64,000 bases of DNA from Iphione sp. A-MEVVRFRX5 (lineage: Eukaryota). Below the pieces are notes generated by a model. It made no database searches. It was given only the letters and a program-made list of their open reading frames with translations, and had not been told where the DNA came from. Shown here in pieces: positions 9,855-23,075 of the stretch. A program made the translations under genes and the position numbers. The DNA lies in assembly GCA_976226885.1 (NCBI GenBank), contig OZ320323.1, positions 41,974,001-42,038,000 on the forward strand, in the 5' to 3' direction. Numbering within the stretch: position 1 is the stretch's first letter; each line of letters begins with the position of its first letter.

Positions 9855-11480
9855 GAAGCAGGCGAACACCGATAGAAACAGAAACAGGCAACAGTTGGGT
9901 CAGAAAGACAGCGAAAAAACAGAGTAAGAGAGGTGCATACACAGCAAAGAGATAGCGTGGAAGAGCTAGGCAGAAATTGACTGTGAAACAGCTAGGCAAA
10001 GATTATAAAGAAATACAGAAATGGATACAGACAAAGAGACGACCGACAACAGTAGAGATAAGTAGAGACACATACAAGGAAAACGAGAGATACATGCAGA
10101 GAGTACGAGACGGAGGCCAGGAGACTTGAAAGTATAGAAATTAGCAAAGAGCATTTGTGAGGGTTTATACATGGGTGTGCGTTAGTGTGTGAGAGTGGTA
10201 AACAATTACACGCATGTAATTTCCATATGTGCGATTTCCCTGCACACATTTTAAGCCTTCCTTTGTCTGACATCATATTTACCTTGATCAATCAAAGTGC
10301 AGTGGTTTCAAGTATGGTAGGAGTTGGAAGGGCAGACAGATATGTCTAGCATTGCAGTCAATGACAGCTATGGATAAGATGAATATATGCAAGCAATGTT
10401 TACAATATTGCTTATAAGTAATATCATAAAAATACCGTACAAACTAGTGCAGGAAAGAACCAGTTCCAAGGGCAGGATCGACTTCTTGCCAGCCGCATGT
10501 GTTTTTACAGCATATGAAGCCAGGAAGGTCATTGGCATGACACATACTTCATACTTCTTAACCTATCTCTGGGCAGTTTATTGACCATGCTATTAATAAA
10601 CCATATATAAAGAAATGCTATTCATAATTTGAGGGTAAATAAATATGGCCTGAGGCCACTATGACTCTTCTGAAACAACTGAAAAAGAGGCTCGTTAGAC
10701 ACATGCTTTCAGCAGAGAAAGTATGACAATTGATGCTTGAATAGTGGGCCTATGATAGGTAATTTTCAACTCAAAGAAGTCAAGAAAGTCATCTGTTTCG
10801 TTAACAGAGATATATCAGATCAAGGTACACATGCAGATAATGACTGATAGAAAAGAAAGACTGATGTAAAGGGGAGACAAAGAGAAAGAGAAAGTACAGA
10901 GACAGGGGAGGGAAGAGGGAAAAAGACACATGTGGACGAAAGACAGGAAGAGAGACAGACAGCGGGTCTTTTAAAACCCCAACTCTCCAAGTTTTATCAC
11001 CTCTCACGAAGCAATGACGTGGTTAAAATTTATGAGAAAACAATAACACTTCAGCAACTCCCGACCGCTCGTTGGGTCTATGGATGGCTTTTATGGCAGG
11101 GGCTGTAGAGAGAGAAGATGTGCGAGCCGTGACGGCAGTAGAAGTATTTTAAGAGAATGTGGTTTATTCTGAGCCCTCGTGTCTCCACACGGACGGCCCT
11201 TGTGGCGGGTCAGAAGACGGGTTAGCGGAAGGCGGATGTTGGTCAGCTAGATCTGGCACGGTTCTGTTTGCTGCTCTCTCCAAAGTGGTATAAATACTTG
11301 GACGATTCGTGATTTTGAGCCGAACGTTTCGGCATGTAGGACTGGAATTGTCTAGTAGGGTCGGTTTCCCTATCCTCATTGTGCTGTTAATGCTTGTATG
11401 TTGTTCATTATTGTACATTGCTTGAGTTTGCTTATTTCCGCACATTTCTCTTCAAATTTGCCACAGATCGGTTTTTACGG

Positions 11481-11782
11481 AGGCCCCCCCCCTCCAAAAA
11501 ATAGGTGTGTTTCTGGTCATCCACCCCTACCTGTAGGAAAACCTCACCCTACCTAAACATTTGTTTGCCTCAAAGAGTCCTCAAGGCGGAACTGACTTAG
11601 AATAGATGTGTGTTTTCACAGCACATGTTTTCATGCCGATATTTTCTTGGGCAGTTTCATTTCAGTGAAATTTGCCAGTTTTTATACGTTGCCAGTGACA
11701 TACACCAGTTTGTATACTTTTTCCAGTGACATTCACCAGTTTTTATACTTTTTCCAGTGACATTCACCAGTTTTTATACTTT
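11481..11782. repeat. Harbinger-like MITE copy followed by a ~31-bp tandem repeat (CCAGTGACATTCACCAGTTTTTATACTTTTT, about 3.5 copies)
   Basis: Shares AAAAAATAGGTGTGTTTCTGGT and downstream blocks with 5278-5498. The tandem units are visible at about 11673-11782. Confidence 0.6.
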
Positions 11783-12256
11783 CCCTGCAACTGTCATGTA
11801 GCTCTCACACAGCTCTCATGCAGGTAAAATGCAAGTAAAATGCATTTTCAATAGACACTCCCGTCCGTCAGGCTGCGTGAGAGCAAAACACATGTAAAAT
11901 ACATGTTAACGCATACAAACAGCAAACGTAGGTGAATGCACCTCAACGCATGTATGTGAACCAGCCCTAAGGGTGACAGGAGTAGCTGAGGCTAGGGGTA
12001 ACACATCTTGGAAGTTTAGAGATGTCTAAGGACGACAGGGGGATTGTTGAGGATGGGGCTAAGGCTGGGTTTCCATGTGCATATGTGGGTGTGTCTGTCC
12101 ATGTATGAACATATCAGGGAGTGTTTGTGTTAATTCAATGACCAGTGTAATACATGCCGTGGTGCATGTATTCACCATGTTTTCATGTTTACACACTTGT
12201 AATAATGAATGCTACCAAAATACACACAACAAACATGGGCTGACACAGGCCATGTA

Positions 12257-12416
12257 CAGGCCCGTAGCCAGGGCTTTTTGTGGGGGGTATCGGACGATAC
12301 CCCCAATACCACAGAGGTGGAACTAATTTTTTAAATTCCATATAAGGATCTATAGTAATCAATCTCTTTGGGGGGTATCGTTCGATACCCCCGATACCCC
12401 CTTGGCTACGGGCCTG
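12257..12416. mobile_element. 160-bp MITE with terminal inverted repeats
   Basis: TIRs CAGGCCCGTAGCCA...TGGCTACGGGCCTG and two internal GGGGGTATCGnnCGATACCCCC hairpins. Confidence 0.8.
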
Positions 12417-15304
12417 ATGTAGCATGGAAAATGGGGTTTTACTGTACTCCTGTGCAAACCATGCATTCATGGCCATGAAAAATGGGAACCTGCTCAATCT
12501 AAAAACACAGCGGCACACATAAAAACAAGCTACACTCTACACACTACATGGTATGTGCATGTAAGAAAATAGTCCTGGCATGATCCATAATTCTCCAAAA
12601 TACACAGTCATGGCTATGAAGACATGCACCTAAGGAAATGCACAATTTAGGTAAGAGATAGAAGAGGAACAAATTAAACAAGGCCAATACAAAATTGACT
12701 TTAAATCTTAAAATTTAGTAAACCAATTTGAATCAATTGCATAGAGTACAAGTGATTTGTTTTAGCCTATTCTAGAGAGATGACCTGTCAGAGCCCCACA
12801 AAAACCTCATGTGATGACTCTTCCATTAGCTGATATATTTATTACTGTGCAATTCTTCATACTGTCTTTATTATTGTTGGAAACCAAAGGGAGCTCTGTT
12901 CTTCATCAAACTGTCCCTTATTGAGGCGCGTTCCTATAAAAGACGTTGTGGCCTGAAGCCACCCTGTACAAGGTATCATGTAGACTGGGGCCTAAGGCAA
13001 TGGTTACCTCTGGGTATTGTTCTCCTGGTGACACTCTACTGCTCCAGATCATACTTGTATCTGCCACTTGTGGCTAATGCCTTCCTGCTAGCCCTCCAGG
13101 TAGTGTGTCTCTCTCCTAGCTGTGGGCATTAGCCTCCTGCAGGCGCTTCTACTCTTCCACACCTCTCTCTCACCTCTTTTGTCCTCCTGGCAGTGCTCTA
13201 CCCCTCCAGGAAGTGTAGCATCAAAATCGCGAGACTGTAGCGCGAAAATAGGCTGTCCTACACTTCTGAGCTGTCCTCCTGGCTACCGGAAGAAGCCTGA
13301 TTCAAGTGGTTGGGATTCTATCTCACACCTGTCATTCTGGTGGCACTCACAGCCATATCTCACACCTCTGAGCTGTCCCTATGGGGGTGCTCCACCCCTA
13401 CAACCTGTCCCTATTAGGAACTCACACTTTTACATGATTATATAGGAAATAATTTCGTTTTGTGCTGAACTGTCCCTGTTGAGGCATTTGTGACTATCAC
13501 TTAGGACCAAGCTCAGGTGGTCGCATTGGCGAATTTGGTCGCAAATCAATAATTGTTCAATATAAAAATCAATACTTTTGTTCACAGTAAAAATTGAATT
13601 TGGTTACACATTGTAGAGGTTGCAAATAGAGTTTCCACTGTACCTTGCTTTTTAAATGCTAAGTTTAAAGAGAGTGTAAGTCATATAGATACATTACTAC
13701 CATCATTGACTAAAGAGCTGCTATTTGAAGACATGGTACCTACTGTACCCAAGTTAAAGGTGGATATATTACTGCAAATCCAGAGGTTACTTTTGGTATT
13801 ACACACTATGCAATGATAGAAAGGGAATCATTGCTTTGAAAACAAGAGTAGAGTGAAAACCATCTCAGTAAAACTGCTTGTAAATAGAGCATTGCCCAAA
13901 GCACATAGATCTGTTATGAGTCCTCGCAATTTGCTGTTGTTCTATGGATGATGTACATGTACATTTGTTGGTCTCCATGAGGGTTCTTGTCCTTGGCCCC
14001 CTCTGGTTGGTCCGCATGTACATGCATGGTGTATCAGGGGAAAATACAGATTTATACACATACTGTATACAGGGATTTGCAGAGAGCTCAGTGACCTCCA
14101 GTCTGATTCCTTTATGGTTTTCTGTTGTGTGTCATATAAACTATTCAAACTATTCTTTTGCCTGTGGAGGCTATTTAAATAGGAAAATGGTATTTTGAGC
14201 ATGGTCTCAATGGAGGTTCGGACTTATCAAAGGCCTTATGGAAAGACATATAAACATAAATTTGTACACACATCTTTCTCAGTTCAGAGTGGGTTTTATC
14301 AGGGAAACATTCTCAGGATACTTTGCTTCCAAAAGAAATTTGCGTCATTTCTTTTATAACCTACATGTACATGCATATTGTGGTGTGAGTATGGTTTGTT
14401 TGGGGTGATCCACCTCAAGCGATCCATTTCAGACTTGAGGCTGAGTTTATTGCTAATAAGATATTGCAGGGAGGCTAACAGGTAGCGACATATATGTATA
14501 TGATGCAATAAGCATCTGTAGCCAAAAATAGCATGTATTATGTATCAACTGCACAATCTTCTACAGTCCAGGCATGTCTAGACACTATTTTTAGCTACTG
14601 TTAGGTTCAAATCTACTATCTGTCAGTGCTCCGCTAGACTAAGACACATTACAATATCTGTCATTTATATTTTATCAGGAGTAAATTACATGACAACTAT
14701 TGTATTAGAAACAGTTTGTATTAGAAACTATCTTCACAGATGATGGTACGTTAGGGGAAGTGGGCATTTCGGGAATAAGGGGGGGGGGGATGGAACCATC
14801 AGGTGACAGGATTCTCAAGCAAATCTGTCGCGACTGATGCAGTGGCAAGCAATGGGGAAGGATGTAAGTTAACCCGACACCTGCCGGTATATGGGTGCAT
14901 AACGCTTCTGGACATGGAGCGGGAAGGAATGGTGAGATACTAAGGAGGCTACATGTATACGGAAAGGGGGAATGGAGAACAAGAAAACGGATTTCAGAAC
15001 ATTATCTAACACATTATCTAAATGGGTATAGAAAAGAATATGTAAAGTTCAACCAGATACATTGTACATGTGGTTATGGTCCTATCGGAGTGGTGCTCGG
15101 TTGAAAATATAGTGTATCGTTTGTATATACGGTTACAGAAATTAAGTGGGTCGTAAAGGGTTACAGAAATCAAGTGGGTCGTAAAGGGTTAGATCCAATT
15201 GCGCGTAGCAAGACCTGGGAATGCTCAGTCCAACTGCAAATATTAGTTCAGTATCGTACTGAGAAATAGTTCTTCGTGTAAATAAAAAGAAAACATCCAA
15301 TACA

Positions 15305-18300
15305 TTCATGAATAAAGGAGTTCATTTATTGAAGAAATTTCAAACACAGTGATAGTCCCATGCTGTAATCTTTAGACTGTTATTCGATTTAATCCAAAAA
15401 GCCAATGACCATTATTAAAGCACTACAATAATAATAGTTCCAAATCTTTTGTCGATAACTAGAGTGAATTTTTAAATATGGAATACTACACATCACATAT
15501 ATTAGAATTATGTAAATGAAAGTTGCAAATGCGGAAAGAAATGAAATAAAAAAAGCATCTGTAATAACAATATATTCTCGGATGTAAGAGTTACAAGGTT
15601 GGCCTGACGACCTATACAGGGGAGAGATGGGCCGAATGTAGCTCTAAGACACTACGGGGCGCTACCATACTGTACACAGAACCGACAGAATACGCCAGAG
15701 GGCGGCATCATCATCATCATCGTCATCATTTTTCTATATCGTCAGGATTTCGTTCGTTAACATCCACATCACCCATATCATTGTTATCTTCGTCTTGTCC
15801 TTATCTTCATTATCTTTGTCGTCATCGACAACGCCGTTACCAGAAATAAAATGCTGAAGAACAGTGGTGATAGTCAAGTAAATACTTGTACAAATCCCGG
15901 GGTGGGAAGTTTTTGTATTTTTTTTACTCGTGTGAACATACATTATCTCTCCACAAAAAGGTTCAACACTAGGTGACAACAAAGTCAATCAACAATTGGG
16001 GTACTTCATATCAGTGGTAATAATTCATATATTATCATCATCGTTATCATCATCATCGTCTTCGTTATGATAAGATCTGCAACTCGGTACATCATATCCA
16101 CATTAAGAGAAATACATATCATTCTTATTAATATTATCATCATTATTATTAAACGAGTTTTTTTGTTGTCAGTGTCACGAAAAGGTGAGCAAAAAAGTTT
16201 CACATTACAACACCGAGTTGTCCAAGTTGAGCGCAGTATTCAGGTCAGATTCACGCTAGCGGTCTCGTCCGTTAAGTCGAGAGGCCATGATATAGTTCCC
16301 ACCACCCCACGACCTTCACTTAGCCAATACCAGACCTACTGTGAAGTAGCCAAAAACAAAAAAAAAGTCAAAAAAAGAAAAGAAAAACTAATCATGAAAA
16401 AAACAAAAATAATGACAATTAAACAAGAAAAAAAAGACTAAACACAGGACAAGATCCCCAGAATATTTTGAACATGTCGGGTGGCCGCATGTCAGCCTTG
16501 TTTACCATATATCAGTAAGTTGTCCAAAAAGTGCACTTCTTTACAATTCATTCTTTACACACATCAAGAGAGAAACATATTCACTTTGAGTAATTCGATT
16601 GTATTAACGGATTATGTTACACTAGTAAAATATGGATTTCCTACTTCTCTCATATAGTAAGTAGTACTCAAACTCCTTTGCTCTGCGGTCTACAGTTCAC
16701 TATCGAACGCTAGGCGGCAGCACTAACAACAAAAGAGGAAGTTAGTCTTCCCGACCTGAATATTCCATCTCCAATCATCTCCTGCAGAGCACAACAGGCG
16801 GCCAGGGGGGGACATGACATGACCCCCGTCAGACGTAATATTTTGTTTGTTTTTCTTCATTTTTTTTTTAATTCTAAATGTTAAATAGTGACATAAATCA
16901 TGTAACAATAAGGGATAGACACTTTTAGCAATCTCAATTGGCCCGAAAACTATTCAATGCCGTCGACTGACCTGAGTGCGTTTGACCTGCTTGACCTGTC
17001 ATGGTCAACTTCAAGGTCAGGACATTTTTCCCCTATTAAGAGTGCAGACAAAGCTGACGTAAAACTATTCAGAGATCTTCGGGTATAGAATGCGAATTTT
17101 TCTTTCTATTTCATTTCAACAACATATTCGAACTTTCTAGTCTCCTTAGTAACGAGTACGTCGAAAGGTCACACGTGCATACATGCAATAACAATTCTGA
17201 CGTCATCATATTGTGCAGTGTGCACACAATTTAGAAACCCCTTCACACGAGGTATTCACTAACATTAATAGTCTATCGTTTAGTACAATTTCCCCCGTAA
17301 GCCACAAAAATAGGAATATCCAGCTGGTAAAATCTTGAGAAGACCAGAAGACACATATACACGCAAAAAACAGTGAACGTTCTCTCCTCGAAGAATGAAC
17401 AATGATAAAGAAAGCACTAGCCTAGGAAGCTGTAAGAACGGCCGTTTTCTTTGTTCGTGACTGGTGCATAAAATACTGCATTTGAAAAGAAAAGAGATAC
17501 GAAGCTTCCTATCTGTAATCAACATTGCATGTTCTTATTATCGATAAAGGTTATGGCGATTCATACTCCATCTCATGTTATGTATTATTATCATCGTTAT
17601 CATATCAAGGCATGCCCCTGCCTCTTACTGGTAAGTACATACATGTATATTACAGTACAAGGTGCTTAAAAAGAAGCGCCACCTGGCGGGGTCGTCGCTG
17701 AAACGAGCCCCCTGGTGGACACCATACTAACCATTCACTCCCTTATAGTTCATCAGCTACCACTACACATAGTGACGACAACAATATGGAAGATATATTC
17801 ATAATGTAAACCAATAGAAAAGTTAGCTTCGTGATGCGGGCGGGCGCCGGTAGACGGCGGCACCGGTGTTGTACTATCCAGCCGAAAAGCCAAATCGCTG
17901 CATCTAAATGACTGCATTTATAATAATGACTGTACTTTTTCTGGTTTAGTCTCCTTCTCCTTCGCACCCCACCTCCCCAAAACGCGCCCACCGGTCCTCA
18001 TAGGGGGGTTAAGTGAGGTCAGCAGGAGCTGTCAATCATTATCATCATGATTATATTTATCATTATTAAAAACACGGCTCACTTCAAGCAAAAAGGCGGA
18101 GACCGGCTTGAGTGGTAGCGTAGCGCCCCCCCCCAATGGTAGATGTTAGTAGTAGTAGTAGTAACAGTAATTGTAAGAGGATTTGGTACAACCTGCTTTG
18201 GCTCGCATTTTATCTTAAGTACACTCACTTTTGCAACACGTAGAAGGGGGAGAGGGGGGAGGGGAGGGGGGGAGGGAGGAGGCAATGTAAAACTGGGATT

Positions 18301-19186
18301 TCTTGTGCTCTCTCGTGTGGGACTCTGGGATTAAAACGGACAACCAGAAGGGTGACGGGTAAAAGTGAGAGGGGAGGACAATGCTGCAGACTAATTTATT
18401 TTTTTCATAAAAATTAATTATGAACAAAAAAAGAGGTAAAATGGCGTCAAAGTGACGTCACTGACGCCTCATCGCAGTAAGTACGTCACCGTAATTAATC
18501 AAACGTCGGTACCTCCCCCCCCCCTCCAAGATGACAAGACATAGTGAGTGTCCCCCAAAAAACTGTGTACACACACCTATCTCTTTGTGCAGCACTGGTA
18601 AAAACAAACAAAAAAATATATGTAGTTAGGGGATTGGTGTGTTGGGAAGTCAGCAGCCGCGACCCCTAGTGGCAGGCCTGCTAAGGTAGCTTCCGCCACA
18701 CTCTTCTACTGCATACTCTCGCTCCCTGACGAGAGCCAAAGCTATACGAGAAAGTGCACATCATGGGAAAAAAAGGGGGAGGGGTGTCCTTGGGGGAGCG
18801 ACAAGCAACCAAATAAAAGAGATGAGCTTGACCCTCGAGATGATGGTGGTAGTAGTAGAAGTTGTAGTAGTAGTAGAAGTAGAGAAGTAGTAGTAGTAGT
18901 CAACTTTAAACAACGCCTGGGAACAACATTCTGTTTTTTTCCCTCTCTCTCTCCTCTGTGTTTTTTTTTATGTGCGCGCCTGCTGCCGTGGGTGTCGACG
19001 TCAAATAGCAGCTCTAGACTGCCCCAGGCACCAGCACGGTAACCCCAACCCTACTCAAGACTTTTTTTTAAAAAAAAGACTTTGACAGACCAGGCCTGTG
19101 GTAAGTGCTCAGTCAGACCGCGACCAACGTGCTTTAGAATGGTGGCTTGGTTCACAGGTTCACAGAAAGGGAGACGGCCTGCAGCA

Positions 19187-19217
<31 letters not shown>

Positions 19218-19693
19218 AATTCATGGTGACCTCCAGGTGAGAAGGAGGGTTGCACGCCTGGCGAGCGGGGCGAAAAGAGGACCCAAAAAAAGGAGAGAAG
19301 AAATCAAAACTCGCACATTTCGCCCCTATCCCACCCCACCACCCACCCTGCACGTCTCGCCCTCCCTTTTTGCACCACGGGCACCCACCACTCCGCCCCA
19401 CCACCCCTTAAAAACACCACACAGACACACCGCAGGCGGAGAAAATGAAACACCACAGATGTCACACTATACCCAGCAGCGGCAGAACAAAATGGCGGCG
19501 GCGGCGGTGGCGGCGGCGATTGAGAGGAGCCACCTGGTGGTGATGACAGGCATCGGATGGTCGGTAGTGGTCACGTGACAAGCTGCTTCTGCGTGATGCT
19601 GGCGGCGTCTTGTCCGAAGAGGGTGGTCATGCCGGGGGAACAGAAAGAAAGAGACCGGGAGAAGAGAAGCAAGCCAAGGACATGATGGCGCTG
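15305..19693 (-). other. camk2: Putative long (~4.4 kb) CaMKII 3' UTR
   Basis: Follows the CaMKII stop. AATAAA on the minus strand at 15325-15330 is followed by a U/GU-rich tract. The 3' end is inferred, not demonstrated. Confidence 0.4.
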
Positions 19694-19814
19694 CTACTTG
19701 GCGTGGGGGGCACTGGGCGCCCCTGAGCGATGGAAGTGGACGTTCTGCCACTTGCCATCCTTGCGGTGCCAGACGCGGGTCTCCTCCGACTGCATCGTGT
19801 TGGGCATCCCGTTC
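19694..19814 (-). CDS. camk2: CaMKII last coding exon (hub C-terminus)
   Basis: Acceptor CTCTTTTCACAG. Encodes [39 protein letters not shown], the hallmark CaMKII C-terminus. Confidence 0.97.
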
Positions 19815-19918
19815 CTGTGAAAAGAGAGGAAAGTATGTCAAGAAGACGCTGCATCTTGGTACCTCTCCGCTGGAAGGTAGACTGGAAGGAGAGCTACTGG
19901 CTGGGGATCTGAGATCTG

Positions 19919-20516
19919 AGCATGAGTGTGCAGTATGTAGTCAGTTAGCTCTCCACTCTCGTGGCTCACTGTGACTTACAAGTCATCAGTCATACCATAA
20001 TAGGCCACAGTGTCCGCAGTCATGCATACAGCAGAACTTCAGAACTGGCGACACATGAGATAGGACATCACTCAAATGGGGACAGAACTAGCAACACCCC
20101 CTGAATAGGGACATTTGCGTGGGGCACAAAGAGCGTCCCCAGTTCTGAGGTTCTACTTTATGCATGACTGCCGACACTGAGGCCTAATATGGTATGACTG
20201 CTGACACTGAGGCCTAATATGGTATGACTGCTGACACTAAGGCCTAATATGGTATGACTGCTGACACTGAGGCCTAATGGCCTAATATGGTATGACTGCT
20301 GCCACTGAGGCCTAATATGGTATGACCACTGACACTGAGCCCTAATATGGTATGACTGCTGACACTGAAGCCTAATATGGTATGCCTGCTGCCTCTGAGG
20401 CCTAATGGCCTAATATGGTATGACTGCTGACACTATATGGTATGACTGTTGACTTGCATGTCATGGTCAGCCACAATAGTGGAGAGCTTACTGGCTACAA
20501 ACTACACACTCATGCT
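19919..20516. repeat. Foldback element: ~133-bp left arm (19919-20051), 83-nt spacer, right arm (20135-20516) carrying about 9 copies of a 30-bp unit
   Basis: The arms align as reverse complements with scattered mismatches. The unit TGACTGCTGACACTGAGGCCTAATATGGTA is present once on the left and about 9 times on the right. Confidence 0.85.
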
Positions 20517-20667
20517 ACCGAGGGCCTGAAGCAGAGGACTCCTTACTACTAAGATGTGACCCATGGAATAATCTATACATGAATACCTGAGCCATAAGCT
20601 GATACGAAATGACTTGACACAGTCGAAAAAGGAATAACTCCTAACTGACTACATGTAATCTGATCTT

Positions 20668-21410
20668 GAGAAAAAACTGGTAACACCTGTTTGGCTGTAG
20701 AGAAGCTACCCTGTTATGACACAAAGAATGTTGTAGTCATGCCTCCTGTCCTGTTGCCTAGTGAGGTTTGTTGACAGAAAATAGTTCTGTGTTTAAAACC
20801 TTTATTGATCCAAAATGGAGGTCTTATAGAGGGTTAGTATCAGAGAATATTGTTTATAGACTTTCCTCTAACAGGGTTTCGCCTTTCCAGGCTCATCAGG
20901 CTTGTCTCTACATAAATTTTGATTTGTCAATTTGTGGAGTTAGGTGGGGTACCAGTCCCTGGCTGGTGCCCTGATGTATGGCAACTACTGTCAGGAGAAT
21001 TGTTGATCACAATTTGTCCTGTAATTACCTAATGGGGTTTAATGCAGGTTACATGTGGCCACTGTAACGATAAAATTTTCTACGAATAAGGTGGTCATAT
21101 GCATCTTGCATGTAGTTTCATTAGGTATACTCTGGAGCATCTATAGAGTTGAGTCCATTGGGGATCTGGCTTTTTAATCTAAAGATCCATTTCTTTTCCA
21201 ACTGATTCCTAAGACTCTGGGCTCTGTCTGAATCAGGATGGCTCGGGATAAACTCATTGACATAGACTTCTAGGTCATCAAGTCCTTGATGGTCATCGGT
21301 ATTGTAATGTCTGCCAATATCGGTACCCATTTTCGGCTTGGTTATTTTTAGGTAATGGTCCTGTAATCTGTCCATTAACCTCCTTTTTGTTTGGCCTACA
21401 TACTGTACCC

Positions 21411-21439
<29 letters not shown>
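20668..21439 (-). mobile_element. 5'-truncated Penelope-like retroelement fragment (GIY-YIG endonuclease C-terminus plus 3' region)
   Basis: QYVGQTKRRLMDRLQDH...EKKWIFRLKSQIPNGLN is a typical Penelope-type GIY-YIG end (21121-21410). It is flanked by a 15-bp direct repeat and an A29 tract. Confidence 0.8.
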
Positions 21440-21441
<2 letters not shown>

Positions 21442-22960
21442 TAATCTGATCTTAACTGATACTATCATATGTCGTTTTCATTGTTTCCGATGGACTACAT
21501 TCACACGTGTCTGTCAACTGTAGATTATAATATGACCTGAAATGATACTATCAGATGTCTTTTTCAGAGACTCTTTGGGCAACCTGAAATGGAATGACTC
21601 TCACTGACGACACGTAAGTGTACCTGTATATGTCAAGTGTAGATCATAATCTGAGTTGAAATGACACTATCATACTGACAGGCTTCAGACACCATAGAGA
21701 GGCAAAACTCCCAACTGCCTGGATGTACACGTGAGATGTAGGACATTCTATGAGAGCTGGGTAGAACAATCCTCCCACAGCTCAGCTGCTAACGACAGTT
21801 CGGCATTTAATTGCAGTGAAATAAAACCTAACTAACTGAGAGAAGCTAGGGATGATGACGATGATGGATGCAGTAACCAAGTAGACACACATCCAGGCTG
21901 ACAACAGTCCAATGTGGGCCATCAGAACGATCACGGAGTTCAATAATAACCAGCTTGGGAGACGGACAAAGACCACCTAGCAGGTCTATTGTTCCGAGTC
22001 TTTTATCGTCACGTCCGATCCATCATGACTTCAGTTCATTGATAAGACACACAAATGGTTGGCTTTTCTAAATATGCGAATTCCATATTCTGTCGGACGG
22101 AATGAAACGTTACAAGCACGGGGAAACAAAAGTCCCTCGTGCAGTCGCCATGGCCCTGCTGGTCTGAGCCGCCCCCTTCCGGCAACGCCAGGAACTGAAT
22201 GGAAAATTCGCAATTTCGCTTTAGACAAATCTGAGACGCGGCGCAAAATCAAGTGAGAAAACTGCCTCATTCTGGAGAGCTACTGAATCCTATCTAAGCC
22301 ATCTGCGGAGCTGCTCAGTGGAAACTTGAGCAGCACGCGTCCACCTTTTTACAGACACACAAACACGCTAGCCGGGTGTTTTTTGTCCTTCATCTAGCGC
22401 TAACTGCTGAAAGACGTTTTTGGTACAATTTCATTAGGATTAATATTTCTACCTTGTCCCAGTTCAGAGCTGGACCTGTTCATGTCCGATTCTCGTATTC
22501 GCAGCTGGGAATGCATGGATTACACACACTTTAAAATTCCAAGTCTTTTCACTTGGCGGAACCTCATCAATGAATCAGAAATACGTACATGAATCCATCT
22601 ATTTGAAAATCTTCAGTAATCCCTGTATCAGAGTAAGCCTATAATTCTGTGATAAGGACCTGGCAATTTAAGGCTAATTTCATGATTTCACACATTTATA
22701 ATTGCATCACTTCATATATTTATAATTGCATTTTTTTTTATATATTTATAACATATCTTATAATTCAGAAAAAATAGAAGCACGTGCTTAATACACCAGA
22801 TGGTCTTGGGGTTGGAAGGAACAGCAACCCCCTTGCTATTCCAACACCTTTCTTCTACAGGCACTATCGGTTTGCACAGGTCGCACTGTCTTCATAAATT
22901 CCTGCCCCCCCTCCCCGTCCTTCCCTCTCCCTCCCCCAACGGTCAGTTGACTTCACTCAC

Positions 22961-23075
22961 TTATCAATGTACTGCGTGAGCCGCACGTAGGCGATACAGG
23001 CGGCGTCCTCGCCGAGCAGGTGCACGTGGGGGTTGAGGATGCTCGTATTGATGGCCTTGTTGTTCTTGGACAATA
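22961..23075 (-). CDS. camk2: CaMKII hub exon
   Basis: TTTTAG / (V)[37 protein letters not shown](K) / GTGAGT; 115 nt, phase 1 to 2. Confidence 0.97.

Noticed and set aside
20163-20447. Regular 30-bp repeats resembling a CRISPR array
   Set aside because: No unique spacers, no cas genes, eukaryotic intron context; also applies to 45920-46310 and 63239-63590.
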